DNA of 64,000 nt from a virus. Below are positions 33,893-43,697 of the stretch, one piece after another (position 1 is the first letter of the stretch; each line of letters opens with the position of its first letter). A model generated the notes under the pieces. It made no database searches. It was not told the origin of the DNA and saw only the letters and a list, made by a program, of their open reading frames with translations. The position numbers and the translations under genes were made by a program. Location: positions 3,863-67,862 of the IMG/VR virus record IMGVR_UViG_3300005340_000040; one strand, written 5' to 3'.

Positions 33893-34906
33893 TCACGTGG
33901 TGGGGTTCTGAACCTTCCGCGTCACGGCCCTGCCCACCATGCGCTCCCAGTCGCGGTGTTCGGGCGCCACCACCTCGAGGTTCTTCGCCCAGAGGGCCTC
34001 CATCACCGTAGGCTGCACCCTCATGCTCCGGGCCAGGTACGTCAGCGCGTTGAGGTCCTTCGGGAAGCAGTGGCCTCGCGCGCCGGGGACGCCGTCGGCC
34101 CCGGGGACGTTCATGTGCGAACCTCCCAGGCGCCGGTCGAGCTTCGCGTACTCGAGGACCTTATCGTAGTCGATGTTCATCCCAGCAGCGTCGAGCGCAT
34201 CGCAGACCTGGGCAAGCTCGCAGCTGAGGATGACGCGCGCCGCGAGCTGGACGTTGGTGAAGTACTTCACCATCTCAGCCGTGGTGCTCGACGTCTTGAT
34301 GATGGGGACGGTGGGGAACGCGCTCTGGAAAAGGAGCTTCACCCTGTTGATGTGGGGCCGTGGCCCGCCCAGCACGATCCTGGTCTGGTTGCGCATGTCG
34401 TCCAGCGCGTTCGCCTCGGTCAGGAACTCGGGGTTGAAGACGACGCGCAGGCCCGTCCCAGCGAACTGGGCGTTCCAGCGCTCCGTCGAACCGGGCGGCA
34501 CCGTCGACTTGACGACGGCGATGCGCTCGCCGGGGACCGAGCTGAGCTCGTTGAGGACCCGCTCGACGATCGACAGGTCGGCCTCGCCGCTCTCGTGCAT
34601 GGGGGTCGGGAGGCACACGAAGAAGATGCCGCTGAACCAGCTGAACGTTTCGCACGATTGCACGAAGTTCTGGATGGCCGTGCCCTCGCTTGGTTCATTG
34701 GGATCCTGTGAGGAGGGGACGCCCGCGAGCTCGAGCAACCTCTTCTTGTCGCCGAGGATGGCTGCGTTTCCAGGGACGGTGCCGCCGATCGCGATCTTCC
34801 CAACCTCCTTGTCGTGGACGTACACGGTGAGGCCTCGCTCGGCCAGCACCGTGGTCAACGACCCACCGACGAACCCCTGGCCTATGACGGCAACGCCCTT
34901 CTTCAT
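33893..34906 (-). CDS. ugd: UDP-glucose/GDP-mannose dehydrogenase family (lacks usual C-terminal domain)
   Basis: GQGFVG, VCLPTP, KSTVPPG, FNPEFL, AEMVKY, GHCFPKD. Confidence 0.88.
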   Translation of the reverse strand: MKKGVAVIGQGFVGGSLTTVLAERGLTVYVHDKEVGKIAIGGTVPGNAAILGDKKRLLELAGVPSSQDPNEPSEGTAIQNFVQSCETFSWFSGIFFVCLPTPMHESGEADLSIVERVLNELSSVPGERIAVVKSTVPPGSTERWNAQFAGTGLRVVFNPEFLTEANALDDMRNQTRIVLGGPRPHINRVKLLFQSAFPTVPIIKTSSTTAEMVKYFTNVQLAARVILSCELAQVCDALDAAGMNIDYDKVLEYAKLDRRLGGSHMNVPGADGVPGARGHCFPKDLNALTYLARSMRVQPTVMEALWAKNLEVVAPEHRDWERMVGRAVTRKVQNPTT

Positions 34907-35029
34907 GGTTCCTTCTCTACATCCTGGCCTAGAATTTTGATCTGCCCGATGAATCTCCTGCGAACAACGATCTCGCTTCGCCCACGGGGTACTCTCGACG
35001 CGATTCTTCGATGAACTTCACGCCAACGT

Positions 35030-35962
35030 TCATGGGCACCTCCCGTGCGCTCCGGTCAGCTCGACCAAGCGTGTTGCCGTTTCCCTCCAGGCATCGCTGG
35101 CCCGAATATTCGAGACCGTGCGATCGATGCAACCCTGGCGTTGTTCCGGATCAATTCTCTGGATGCCCTCAATGATGGCGGGCACGTCGGCTGGTGTGGT
35201 GTAGCAGCGCACCGTCTCAAGGCCAGCGTAGTAGGGTTCGCTCCCACGGCCCTCGTTACGGACCGTGAAGCACCCACGGGCCGCGGCCTCCACGTCCTTC
35301 ACCCACAGGCCATCGGAGAGGTTCATGCGTTCATTTCCGACGTCGACGGGGTGATCCTCACTGTGGACGAAGATCCGCATCGTCGACAGCACGTTCAGGT
35401 AGTTCGGGTACGAAAGGCCGTTGCCGGCGATGATGTGCGGGTGGATGCCCATCCCCTCCAGCTGGGAGAAGAGCCGTGCCCGGTGTGGGTGCACGGATCC
35501 CACGAACCCCACGTCGATGCAGCGGTCGACGTGGGCCGGAGCGCTCGAGCAGTAGCGCGGCATGATGCCCATCCGCACGAACGTGCCCGGCATGCCGCGG
35601 CGGGCGATGAGGTCGGCCCACGCGACAGTTGTCACAGCGATGGCCTTGACGTTGAGGAGCTCACACGCACGTTCGTAGGTGCCCCGGTAGGGCGAGCCGG
35701 TTCGGAAGGCCTCCCAAGGGTCCTGATCGTAGATGACCAACGGGGTGTCGCCCAAGGCCGACGCCAGGCGATCGACGACGCGGTGCAGCGTGCGCTGCCG
35801 AAGGCGACAGACGACGCCGTCGAACCCACGCTGGGTGGGCAGCTCGTCCAGAGCCAGCGTCATGACGCCCGGCGTGGCGTGTAGGCACGAATGGAGCTGG
35901 TGCGCGAAGCAGTTGCTGCGGGCGTACTCCAGGCTGTCGACGAGGTCGACGATCCTCGTCAT
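35030..35962 (-). CDS. Glycosyltransferase-like protein (CgeB / Glyco_trans_1_2 type)
   Basis: DVGFVGS.HPHR, KDVEAAARGCF. Confidence 0.65.
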   Translation of the reverse strand: MTRIVDLVDSLEYARSNCFAHQLHSCLHATPGVMTLALDELPTQRGFDGVVCRLRQRTLHRVVDRLASALGDTPLVIYDQDPWEAFRTGSPYRGTYERACELLNVKAIAVTTVAWADLIARRGMPGTFVRMGIMPRYCSSAPAHVDRCIDVGFVGSVHPHRARLFSQLEGMGIHPHIIAGNGLSYPNYLNVLSTMRIFVHSEDHPVDVGNERMNLSDGLWVKDVEAAARGCFTVRNEGRGSEPYYAGLETVRCYTTPADVPAIIEGIQRIDPEQRQGCIDRTVSNIRASDAWRETATRLVELTGAHGRCP

Positions 35963-36699
35963 TCGCCCGCCAGGCCAGCGATGAGCTCATCGTACCGGTC
36001 AAGCGCCGTGCGCGCCGCGGCCTGGAACCGCTCATCGACGTAGTTGAATCCCCCGGCTGTGAAGCCTGGAGCGAGCCCGGCACCGATGAGCGCCAGCGCA
36101 CGATGGCGGTCTCGGTGGCGAAGCCAGGCTGAACGTACCCGCATGATCACGCTAGCCTGGCCCTTGAGGGCCCGGTGCAGGCCGTAGTGCAGCGCCTGGA
36201 CGTCGGTCGGGTTGAACGCATGGTAGCCCGCAGGGCTCAGGCGCTCGGGGACCCCGTCGGCCTTGACGACGACGTCATGGTCGACGTCGATGCCCCGGTC
36301 GCAGAAGAGGTCGCTCTCCGTGTCGTTGAACGTGACGCGCGGGGAGAAGCAGTTGAGCCCGTTGATGCTGCCGTCGGTGAAGTAGTCGAGCAAGGGTGCC
36401 TGGATCCCAGTGATCCTTGGGTTTGCCCGCATCATCCTCCAGAGCTCGAGCAGCACCTCGTCGTGGGCTAGGACGGTGTCAGCGTCCACCTTGACGAACA
36501 TGCTGCACCCAACCTGCGCCTCGCGCCACGCATGCCAGAGCGCATTGTGCGCTTCCTTCTCGGGCAGGCCCGAGAAGGTGCTGTGTTGGACGACGACGCC
36601 TCGTTGGCGTCGCACCGCGTCCTCGCATGCCGGGAAGTCGCCCTCGCCCGAGTGCAACGTACCCACGAAGACCCGTGGAAAGGTACCTAGGTCGCCCAA
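35959..36699 (-). CDS. GT-A fold glycosyltransferase-like protein
   Basis: FVKVDADTVL DxD motif. Confidence 0.65.
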   Translation of the reverse strand: MGDLGTFPRVFVGTLHSGEGDFPACEDAVRRQRGVVVQHSTFSGLPEKEAHNALWHAWREAQVGCSMFVKVDADTVLAHDEVLLELWRMMRANPRITGIQAPLLDYFTDGSINGLNCFSPRVTFNDTESDLFCDRGIDVDHDVVVKADGVPERLSPAGYHAFNPTDVQALHYGLHRALKGQASVIMRVRSAWLRHRDRHRALALIGAGLAPGFTAGGFNYVDERFQAAARTALDRYDELIAGLAGE

Positions 36700-37208
36700 C
36701 CGTCCCTCAGCATGTACATCAGCACCTGGTCCCAGAAGCGCCCGTCGCGCCTCAACGACTGCACAGCGCGCCCCTCCTCCCTGAACCCCAGCTTATGGTA
36801 CACGCGCAGGGCAACGTGGTTGTACTCGGCCGTCGTCAACGAGACGCGGTGGAGCTCCATGCCGTCGAAGCAGCGCTGCAGCATCAACGTCCACATCGAC
36901 GTCGCTAGCCCACGACCGCGCCAGTCGCGATGGATGTCAGCGCCCACGCCGCAGTTGCCGTTGTGGAGGTCGATGTCGTAGAACTTCGTGAGGCCCACGG
37001 ACGCGCCACCCACGGTGAAGATCAGCCTCAACTGCCGCTGGTCCTGCGACAGGGCATGCCACCAGCGCAGGTGCTGGTCCATGGTGATGGGATGTGGGTG
37101 CGTCACGTGCCGAAGCACCTCGGGGTCGTTACGGAGGTCGATCAGGAAGCTGTGATCATCGTCGCCGACGGGGCGCAGCCCATGGTCGTGGGGTACGCTG
37201 AACCTCAC
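36687..37208 (-). CDS. GNAT N-acetyltransferase (RimJ/PseH-like)
   Basis: LRNDPEV, HLRWW, WRGRGLA, N..A..VYHKLGFREEG; follows DegT gene. Confidence 0.85.
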   Translation of the reverse strand: MRFSVPHDHGLRPVGDDDHSFLIDLRNDPEVLRHVTHPHPITMDQHLRWWHALSQDQRQLRLIFTVGGASVGLTKFYDIDLHNGNCGVGADIHRDWRGRGLATSMWTLMLQRCFDGMELHRVSLTTAEYNHVALRVYHKLGFREEGRAVQSLRRDGRFWDQVLMYMLRDGWAT

Positions 37209-38356
37209 CTGACGAGCTCCTTGACGCGTGTCGCGATGTGCCATACGTCACGTTCTCGCAGCCACCATCCGCACGGCAACGACAGCTGGTTGGCCGAGAA
37301 GCACCTTACGCCCGGCAGGTCACGCTTGCTCGATGAGAAGCACGAGTACCCATCGTTGGGCACGTGCACGATCCCCGCCATGATCCCCTCGCCGTTCAGG
37401 GCGGCCAGCAGCTGGTCGCGATCCACCCGGCTGCGCCGTGGATCGATGCGCACCGAGTACACCCAGTGGCTTGACTGGGTGTCGGGCGTTCGAGCGTTCA
37501 GGAGCAATCCAGGGCTTTTCGCGAGAAGCTGGTCGTACAGCTCCGCGTTGCAGCGATGGGTTCCCATGATCTGGTCGATGTACGGCAGCTGCGAGAGCCC
37601 TATGGCCGCGGCCACGTTGTTCATGTTGAACTTGTAGCCCGCCTCAGCGACGTCGACGTCCCACTGCTGCCCGCGCCAGTCTCCACGCTGGTCCTTCGCC
37701 GCGTCGCGGTCGATGCCGAACCACTTCAACGATCGGGCGCGAGCATGGTCGGTCGGGTCCAAGCAGACGAGCGCGCCGCCGTCGCCCGTGGTGAAGTGCT
37801 TGATCGCCTGGAAGCTGTAGCAGGTGTGGTCGGCCCAGGCATGCACGGGCATGCCCCTGTAGGCGGCGTCGAAGGCATGCGCAGCGTCCAGCACGAACTT
37901 CACCCCTGCACGCCGGCACTCCGCGTGGATGCCCTCCAGGTCGGGCGGGTTCCCGGCCCAGGCCACGGCGATCACGGCCTTCGTCCTTGGGGTGATCGCT
38001 GCCCTGACAGTCTCCGGCGTCAGCATGCCATGATCGGGATCGACGTCAGCCCACACCACGTTGGCGCCCGCCGACGTTATCGGTGTGTTCGTCGCCAGGC
38101 AGGTCATCGGGGTGCTGACGACGTCGTCGCCCGGGCCCACGCCCGACAACCGCAGCGCCACCGTGATGGCGCTGGTGCAGCTGTTCATCAACGTTAGGTC
38201 GTGCGCGCCCAGGTACGTCGACAGCGCTCGAGCGAGCTGCGACACCTGGGCACCCTCGTTCACGTAGCCCGACCTGAGGGCATCCTCGATCAGGCGAGAT
38301 GCTTCTCCTGCGTTGACATGGACCTTGAACAACTTGAACAAGGGGTACGTCGTCAC
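37205..38356 (-). CDS. DegT/DnrJ/EryC1/StrS sugar aminotransferase
   Basis: NSCTSA, DAAHAF, YSFQAIKHFTTGDGG. Confidence 0.95.
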   Translation of the reverse strand: MTTYPLFKLFKVHVNAGEASRLIEDALRSGYVNEGAQVSQLARALSTYLGAHDLTLMNSCTSAITVALRLSGVGPGDDVVSTPMTCLATNTPITSAGANVVWADVDPDHGMLTPETVRAAITPRTKAVIAVAWAGNPPDLEGIHAECRRAGVKFVLDAAHAFDAAYRGMPVHAWADHTCYSFQAIKHFTTGDGGALVCLDPTDHARARSLKWFGIDRDAAKDQRGDWRGQQWDVDVAEAGYKFNMNNVAAAIGLSQLPYIDQIMGTHRCNAELYDQLLAKSPGLLLNARTPDTQSSHWVYSVRIDPRRSRVDRDQLLAALNGEGIMAGIVHVPNDGYSCFSSSKRDLPGVRCFSANQLSLPCGWWLRERDVWHIATRVKELVR

Positions 38357-38359
38357 CTG

Positions 38360-39409
38360 TTACTCCTGCCTGTTGGTTGCGATCTCCTCGATCAGGAGGC
38401 CCTTGAACCGCTCCAGCGGAGCATCCACCACGCCCAGCGCGGTCAGGTGCTGCAGCAGCTGTTCGGGCGACATCACCCAGCTCGAGCTCGAGCAGGTGAA
38501 TCGCTCGTTCGCGCCTGAGATGAACGCAGGCTGGATGATGTGGTAGCGACCGGATCTGTGTTTCTCGGTGCGCACCGATTCCGACTCGTTGATCAGGTCC
38601 TCGTGCAGCTTCTCGCCGGGCCTGAGCCCGATGACCTTGATCGTCTTCGAGTACTTCGTAGCGAAAATCTCCGCCAGGTCGCCGATCCGCATTGCGGGCA
38701 GAAGGGGGACCCATGTTTGGCCCGACGCGCCGTCCTTGAGCGCGGCCTCGATCAGGTTCACGCTGTCGTCGAGCGTCATCAAGAAGCGCGTCATGTTCGG
38801 ATCGGTCACCGTCAGCTGTTGGCAGTGCATGCCCTGGTGTTTGAAGAGCGGGATGATGCTGCCACGTGATTCAAGGACGTTTCCGTAGCGGACCGCGAGG
38901 AAGCGCACGCCGGGCCTGCCCCCGCGTGCTTGGCTGGTGACGATGCGTTCCGATATGGCTTTGCACATCCCGTAGACGTTCACCGGTGAGCATGCCTTGT
39001 CGGTGCTCACGAACAGCACGCTGTGCGGGGGTAGCTGCGACCGGTTGACGGCCGCGACGACGTTCTGCGTGCCGATCAGGTTGGTCATGACGCTCTCGTC
39101 GGGGCTCAGCTCGCAGGTGTCGACCTGCTTCAACGCCGCAGCTACGATGATGGTCCCCGGCAGGTACTGCCTGATGACGTCCTCGATGCGTCCCCGGTCT
39201 CTGATGTCGCCGACGTAGAAGCGCAGGTCGGAAGCGGGTCTGCCGGCCATCATCTCGTTGCGTATCGTCCAGTGCTTCGCCTCGTCCCTCGAGAGCACGG
39301 CCACCTCGTGGTGGGGCAGCAAGCGCTCAATCAGCTTCCGGCCCAGGGAGCCCGTGCCGCCGATGATCAACACACGATCAGAACGAGGATCGCACATGCT
39401 ACCGAACAC
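38360..39409 (-). CDS. UDP-GlcNAc 4,6-dehydratase (PseB/CapD-like)
   Basis: GGTGSLG, SRDEAK, AAALKQV, STDKA..PVNVYG..K, RYGNVLESRGS, MTRF, RPGEKLHE. Confidence 0.93.
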   Translation of the reverse strand: MFGSMCDPRSDRVLIIGGTGSLGRKLIERLLPHHEVAVLSRDEAKHWTIRNEMMAGRPASDLRFYVGDIRDRGRIEDVIRQYLPGTIIVAAALKQVDTCELSPDESVMTNLIGTQNVVAAVNRSQLPPHSVLFVSTDKACSPVNVYGMCKAISERIVTSQARGGRPGVRFLAVRYGNVLESRGSIIPLFKHQGMHCQQLTVTDPNMTRFLMTLDDSVNLIEAALKDGASGQTWVPLLPAMRIGDLAEIFATKYSKTIKVIGLRPGEKLHEDLINESESVRTEKHRSGRYHIIQPAFISGANERFTCSSSSWVMSPEQLLQHLTALGVVDAPLERFKGLLIEEIATNRQE

Positions 39410-40221
39410 TACCCCATGGCCGTCACCGTGTAACGATCGCGCGGTACGATGGAATCGACGCGCGTGGTGCGGTACCCGAGCTGCGCTAGCACGCTGGGAT
39501 GGGTCCAGGAGCCCGTGATGGCCTCCGTTCCGTGGGGATTCATGCTGCAGTTGAACATCCCGCCGTCGAGAAGCGCCATGTTCGGGCTCCTGTCGTGGTA
39601 CAACCGCTGGAAGTCGAGCTCGGTGAAGCTGCCCATTCGGGCCAACGAACCGAAGCAGTCCACCATGGTGGCGTACCTGTTGAGGGCGGGAAGCTGCGTG
39701 AGGAAGTTTGTCGACCAGAACCTGCCCTCGACGTTAGCATGCTCCACGATCGCGTTCGTGACCTTGTTGAGGTGCGACTGCCAGAGGCCGCGCCGCGAGG
39801 CTTCGGTAGGCCTGTCCTTGTCGTAGAGGTGCTTGTCGGCCACGGAGTACTCGTGCAGCCGCATCCCACCGATGCCGGGGTTCCTGTCCAGGAAGTCGAC
39901 GCAGGCCGGCAGCATGGCCATGTCGTAGTGCACCATGTCGGACTCTATGACGTAGGTGTAGCGTGGAGCATCGTCGAAGCACCGCTCCAACCACCAATCG
40001 ATGGCCGACCAGTACCCCACGTTGGCGCTGGCCACGTACCGGCGCTCGAAGGGGCGCAGCAGCCGGTCGACGCCCGGCACGGTCGATGCGTTGTCGAAGA
40101 CGGTCAGCGATCCCATCAGGCTCGCGGGCAGCTGCTGCTGCAGGTTGTCGACGACGCTCTCGAGCAGCTCGTACCTTGACCTCTCCAGACAGCACGTCAC
40201 CAGGAGCAGCTGGACGTTCAA
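39409..40221 (-). CDS. GT2-like glycosyltransferase
   Basis: VFDNAS, NVGY..A, IESD. Confidence 0.75.
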   Translation of the reverse strand: MNVQLLLVTCCLERSRYELLESVVDNLQQQLPASLMGSLTVFDNASTVPGVDRLLRPFERRYVASANVGYWSAIDWWLERCFDDAPRYTYVIESDMVHYDMAMLPACVDFLDRNPGIGGMRLHEYSVADKHLYDKDRPTEASRRGLWQSHLNKVTNAIVEHANVEGRFWSTNFLTQLPALNRYATMVDCFGSLARMGSFTELDFQRLYHDRSPNMALLDGGMFNCSMNPHGTEAITGSWTHPSVLAQLGYRTTRVDSIVPRDRYTVTAMG

Positions 40222-41120
40222 CGTAGCCCCTCGATGAGCTTGCGATAGGGTGCGTACCCGTGCGGCAGCTGCCACCCATCCACGTTGGGAACGCAGGGGA
40301 TCGCATCGTCCACGAGGTCAGCGATCGCGGTGGGCGGTAGCAGCTGTTCAGCGATCCCCACGGGGCGGGAGACCACGGGGACGCCGAGCAACCCGGCCTC
40401 GATCAACGCCTGGGGGCCGCCCTCATGGCGTGCCGTGACGGGGTACAGGTCCAGCGTCTGGTACAGCTCGTTGACGGCGTCCTGGTCTGGGCGCTCGACG
40501 TAGGTGAAGGGGATCCTGGCCTCCCTTAGCCTGCGGACGACGTAGTGCCGGCGCCATCCGGCGAGGACGACGTGGAGCTTGGGCTGCCTCGTCGCCAGGC
40601 GCTCGAGCATGTCGACCAGGAGGTCCGGGCCCTTCTCGAGCTTCGGGCTCCGCAGGTCATGGCCCTCGGTGTCCCTCTGGAACGAACCGACCAGGTAACC
40701 ATCCAGCGGCAGCCCGTGCTTTTTCCTGAGCCCTTCTCGCGTCCCGGTCCGCCGCCAGAGCCGCTGGTTTGCCCAGTACCGCACGACGTGGATGGGCTTG
40801 CTCGTCAGCGCGCTGACCTGCGCGTGGGCGCGATCGTTGTACACGTGGTACGCCGTCGTCACGGAATCCCGGCGCATGAACTCTTCGAGCTCACGAGCAC
40901 CGAACTTCTCGGGCACGATGTGGTGAACCGTCGTCAGCACCTGCCTCGACCTGAGCAGGTGCATGGGGAGGTGCTCCCAGCAGAAGTCGGCCAGCAACCA
41001 GATCACGTCAGCGTGCGCTGGGTCGTGCACGGTGATGTCGCCGTTGTCGTCCGTCCATTCGTCGACGAAGCGATCGATGATCCAGCTCTCGTTCGCCGGT
41101 AGGACGTAGACGCGCTTCAC
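40218..41120 (-). CDS. GT4 glycosyltransferase
   Basis: GSFQRD, EKGPD, EGGPQALIEAG; GTGA overlap start. Confidence 0.88.
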   Translation of the reverse strand: MKRVYVLPANESWIIDRFVDEWTDDNGDITVHDPAHADVIWLLADFCWEHLPMHLLRSRQVLTTVHHIVPEKFGARELEEFMRRDSVTTAYHVYNDRAHAQVSALTSKPIHVVRYWANQRLWRRTGTREGLRKKHGLPLDGYLVGSFQRDTEGHDLRSPKLEKGPDLLVDMLERLATRQPKLHVVLAGWRRHYVVRRLREARIPFTYVERPDQDAVNELYQTLDLYPVTARHEGGPQALIEAGLLGVPVVSRPVGIAEQLLPPTAIADLVDDAIPCVPNVDGWQLPHGYAPYRKLIEGLR

Positions 41121-42040
41121 AGGACCTCCTTCAGGACGTCGACGTACCGTGCAGCGCACGAGGAGATGCTGACGTCGGGGACGGTCGAGTAGTCGAGCTG
41201 CGAACGATCGGGGAGCTCGACGATGCCCGACAGGTCCACGGGAGGGGGGTTCTCGTAGTCGACGAGCTCGTAGTCGTACGGCAGCTCGTCGATGACCAGC
41301 CCGTAGCCCCCGATCAGCTCCTTCGTCCCGCCGACGCTGCTGCAGACGACGGGCGTCCCCTGGGCCAACGCCTCGACGACGACGTTCGGGCAGTGGTCGG
41401 CCCAGGCGAGGTGGATCATCCAGTTGGCGACCGAGTACACCTGGGCGCACGTTGCCGGATCGACCGACCCCGTGTAGAAGACGTGGGGGCCCGAGGCTCG
41501 ATGGTCCGGCGCAGCGCCCATGATGATGAGGCAGCTGTTGGGCATCCTAGCACGCAGCTGCTCGAACAGCCTGACGTTGTCCTGGAGCCTCTTCTGCGGG
41601 TGCCAGTTCGAGCTGCAGACGTAGATCCTGTCGTAGGTCGCCGCCATCTCCTCCAACCGAGGGATCGTGACGCGGTCGACGCGGGCGACACCAGCACCAT
41701 TACGCACCACGATCCCCCGCTTGGGCTCCCCCCACCACCGCAGGGTCATCCCGCGGTCAAAGCTCGACTGCCAGACGACGGCGTCGGCCCGGGCGTAGAG
41801 GTCCCGGATGCCGGCGTTCTTCGACTCAAACTCGTGGGGGGCGAACCAGATGCCGTCGAGGCGCTGGACGACCTTCCTGGCGAGGGGAGCTCCCGTCGGC
41901 TCGATGAAGACGATCGATGCGTCAGCCTCGGAACCGCCGACGATCGCATGGCCCATGCGCTGGAGCTCTGCGCCCAGCCGGGCAGCGAACGTGCCGGGGC
42001 CCGTCCGGAGGCCTGCCGCGCAGTCGATGTGCAGCTTCAC
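41117..42040 (-). CDS. GT4 glycosyltransferase
   Basis: DHCPNVVVEALAQGTPVV..GGTKEL. Confidence 0.88.
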   Translation of the reverse strand: MKLHIDCAAGLRTGPGTFAARLGAELQRMGHAIVGGSEADASIVFIEPTGAPLARKVVQRLDGIWFAPHEFESKNAGIRDLYARADAVVWQSSFDRGMTLRWWGEPKRGIVVRNGAGVARVDRVTIPRLEEMAATYDRIYVCSSNWHPQKRLQDNVRLFEQLRARMPNSCLIIMGAAPDHRASGPHVFYTGSVDPATCAQVYSVANWMIHLAWADHCPNVVVEALAQGTPVVCSSVGGTKELIGGYGLVIDELPYDYELVDYENPPPVDLSGIVELPDRSQLDYSTVPDVSISSCAARYVDVLKEVL

Positions 42041-42405
42041 GACCGGCGCTTGATCTCGTCGATCAACGGCTTGGTGAAGTCGGTGCCGCGCAGCATGGTC
42101 GCCAACAGGGCGATCTCCTTGGTCTCGATGGATGCCAAGCTCGCACGCTGCGTGAAGATGTGGGGGTTGAGCTCCTGGTGGCCGTTGACCAGCGTGGCGT
42201 CGTAGTACTGCTGGGCGAGGTAGTTCATCGATTCGTTGCTGATGTGGACGTTCGAGCGCGTCAGCACCTCGACCAGGGTGTCGAAGATGATCGTGTACAC
42301 CTTGATGCAGGTGACCAGGTCGAGATCCTTGCTGAGCAGCTCGCTCTGGAGCTTGTGGACCAGCAGCTTGCTGATGATCGCGTGGAAGCTTTTCTCATCG
42401 TCCAT
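42037..42405 (-). CDS. Hypothetical protein (paralog of upstream ORF)
   Basis: GAGGA SD; shared ISNE..YLAQQYY pattern. Confidence 0.7.
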   Translation of the reverse strand: MDDEKSFHAIISKLLVHKLQSELLSKDLDLVTCIKVYTIIFDTLVEVLTRSNVHISNESMNYLAQQYYDATLVNGHQELNPHIFTQRASLASIETKEIALLATMLRGTDFTKPLIDEIKRRS

Positions 42406-42787
42406 CGTTTTTCCTCGCATCGATCTCTGCGCTCAGGGAAGCACGTAGGCTGGTCTCGTTGAACAGGTCGCGCAGCAGGATGACGTCGGCCAGGGGCAGC
42501 TGGTCCAGGCGGTACTCGTTGATGACGACCATCGTCCCCACCGGGACAGGCGCCGTGGTGCCCACCGTAGCGTTCTTGAAGTACTGGTCCGTCAACCACC
42601 AGATGGCCTCCCGAGACAACGGACGGCTGCTACGCTTGAACGTGCCGTCGATCAGCTCGTGGATCGAGTTGCGCACCTCGCGCAGCAGGGTAGGATCCAA
42701 CATCCTGTCGTTGAACCTGCTCACCCTCTCGTTGAGTCGCTGGGTCAGGAGTTCAGCGAATCGCTGCGTTGGTCGTTGTGCCTGCAT
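42395..42787 (-). CDS. Hypothetical protein
   Basis: Shared LSRE..WLTDQYF pattern with downstream ORF. Confidence 0.7.
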   Translation of the reverse strand: MQAQRPTQRFAELLTQRLNERVSRFNDRMLDPTLLREVRNSIHELIDGTFKRSSRPLSREAIWWLTDQYFKNATVGTTAPVPVGTMVVINEYRLDQLPLADVILLRDLFNETSLRASLSAEIDARKNDGR

Positions 42788-43697
42788 GCTCACTCAGGAA
42801 GGTTATACACCTCTGGATGCATGAGTGCCAGCTCTGTAGCTGGTAGCTGTTCACGGGACGTTCGCAGGCGAGCAACCGGGTAAGCAGCTCATCCCAGCTT
42901 GCGTACGCGGCCGCCGCACCGGCAAACTCCACAGCGCCTCCCCCATCGACGTGCACGTACGTCGGCAGCCCGCACGCCAGCGCTTCGAGGACGTGGTTGG
43001 GACCCGGGTCGAAGCGTGACGCTGACACGTACACGTCGTAGCGCCCGAGCTCGGCTCCCAGCGCACGGCCCTGCAGGGGCGGCACGGTTCTCGAGTGCTT
43101 GAAACTGCCTCTATCGCGGCCCACGTACGTGAAGGTGAACTTCTCTGGTTCCCGCCCCGCGAGGGCGTCCAGCTCGTCGTAGACGTCGAAACCCTTGAGG
43201 TAATTGTCGCTCCAGTGGTGAGTGACGACGTTCACTCGTCCGTTGCCGAGTTTCGGCGCGGGTGCGAAGACGTTCGGATCGACGCCGTTGACAACGACGG
43301 CCTGCTCGCGGCAGCGCCAGCCCTTATCGTTGAAGTAGCCCTGCAACCAGTTCGACACGAATATCGTCCCAGTCACGTGCGAGGAGAGCTCGATCAACGA
43401 GCGATCGACGCACCACGTTCCCTTGCGTGCATCGTTCTCGTTGACCCGCACGACCAACCGAACGTCCTTCAGGTGCGCTACCGAATGGCGGTAGGCCACG
43501 AGCTGCTGCGCTGATAGGTGCGAACTGTCGCCGTCGAACCCAACGATGAGGATGACGTCGGGGATGATGCGCTGCATCTCCTCGGTGGAGACGAGCGTCA
43601 CTCCCATCGACGGCGCTAGCTCGTGGAGGGCGTTGATCAGGCGCGCTCCGCCGCCCCAGGGACCGCTGATCGGCGAACGGTTGACGTGGACCAGCAT
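42753..43697 (-). CDS. GT4 glycosyltransferase
   Basis: PWGGG, NGVD, KGFD, DPGPNHVLEALACGLP. Confidence 0.88.
   Translation of the reverse strand: MLVHVNRSPISGPWGGGARLINALHELAPSMGVTLVSTEEMQRIIPDVILIVGFDGDSSHLSAQQLVAYRHSVAHLKDVRLVVRVNENDARKGTWCVDRSLIELSSHVTGTIFVSNWLQGYFNDKGWRCREQAVVVNGVDPNVFAPAPKLGNGRVNVVTHHWSDNYLKGFDVYDELDALAGREPEKFTFTYVGRDRGSFKHSRTVPPLQGRALGAELGRYDVYVSASRFDPGPNHVLEALACGLPTYVHVDGGGAVEFAGAAAAYASWDELLTRLLACERPVNSYQLQSWHSCIQRCITFLSEHAGTTTNAAIR

Noticed and set aside
34929-35033. 34-codon ORF between GT-like gene and dehydrogenase
   Set aside because: It has an ATGA overlap but no motif or other support; left uncalled.
42395-43697. +1 fusion of the GT4 gene (ends TGA-A) into the downstream ORF
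   Set aside because: The frames do match, but the downstream ORF has its own ATG, and its N-terminus lines up with that of its stand-alone paralog.
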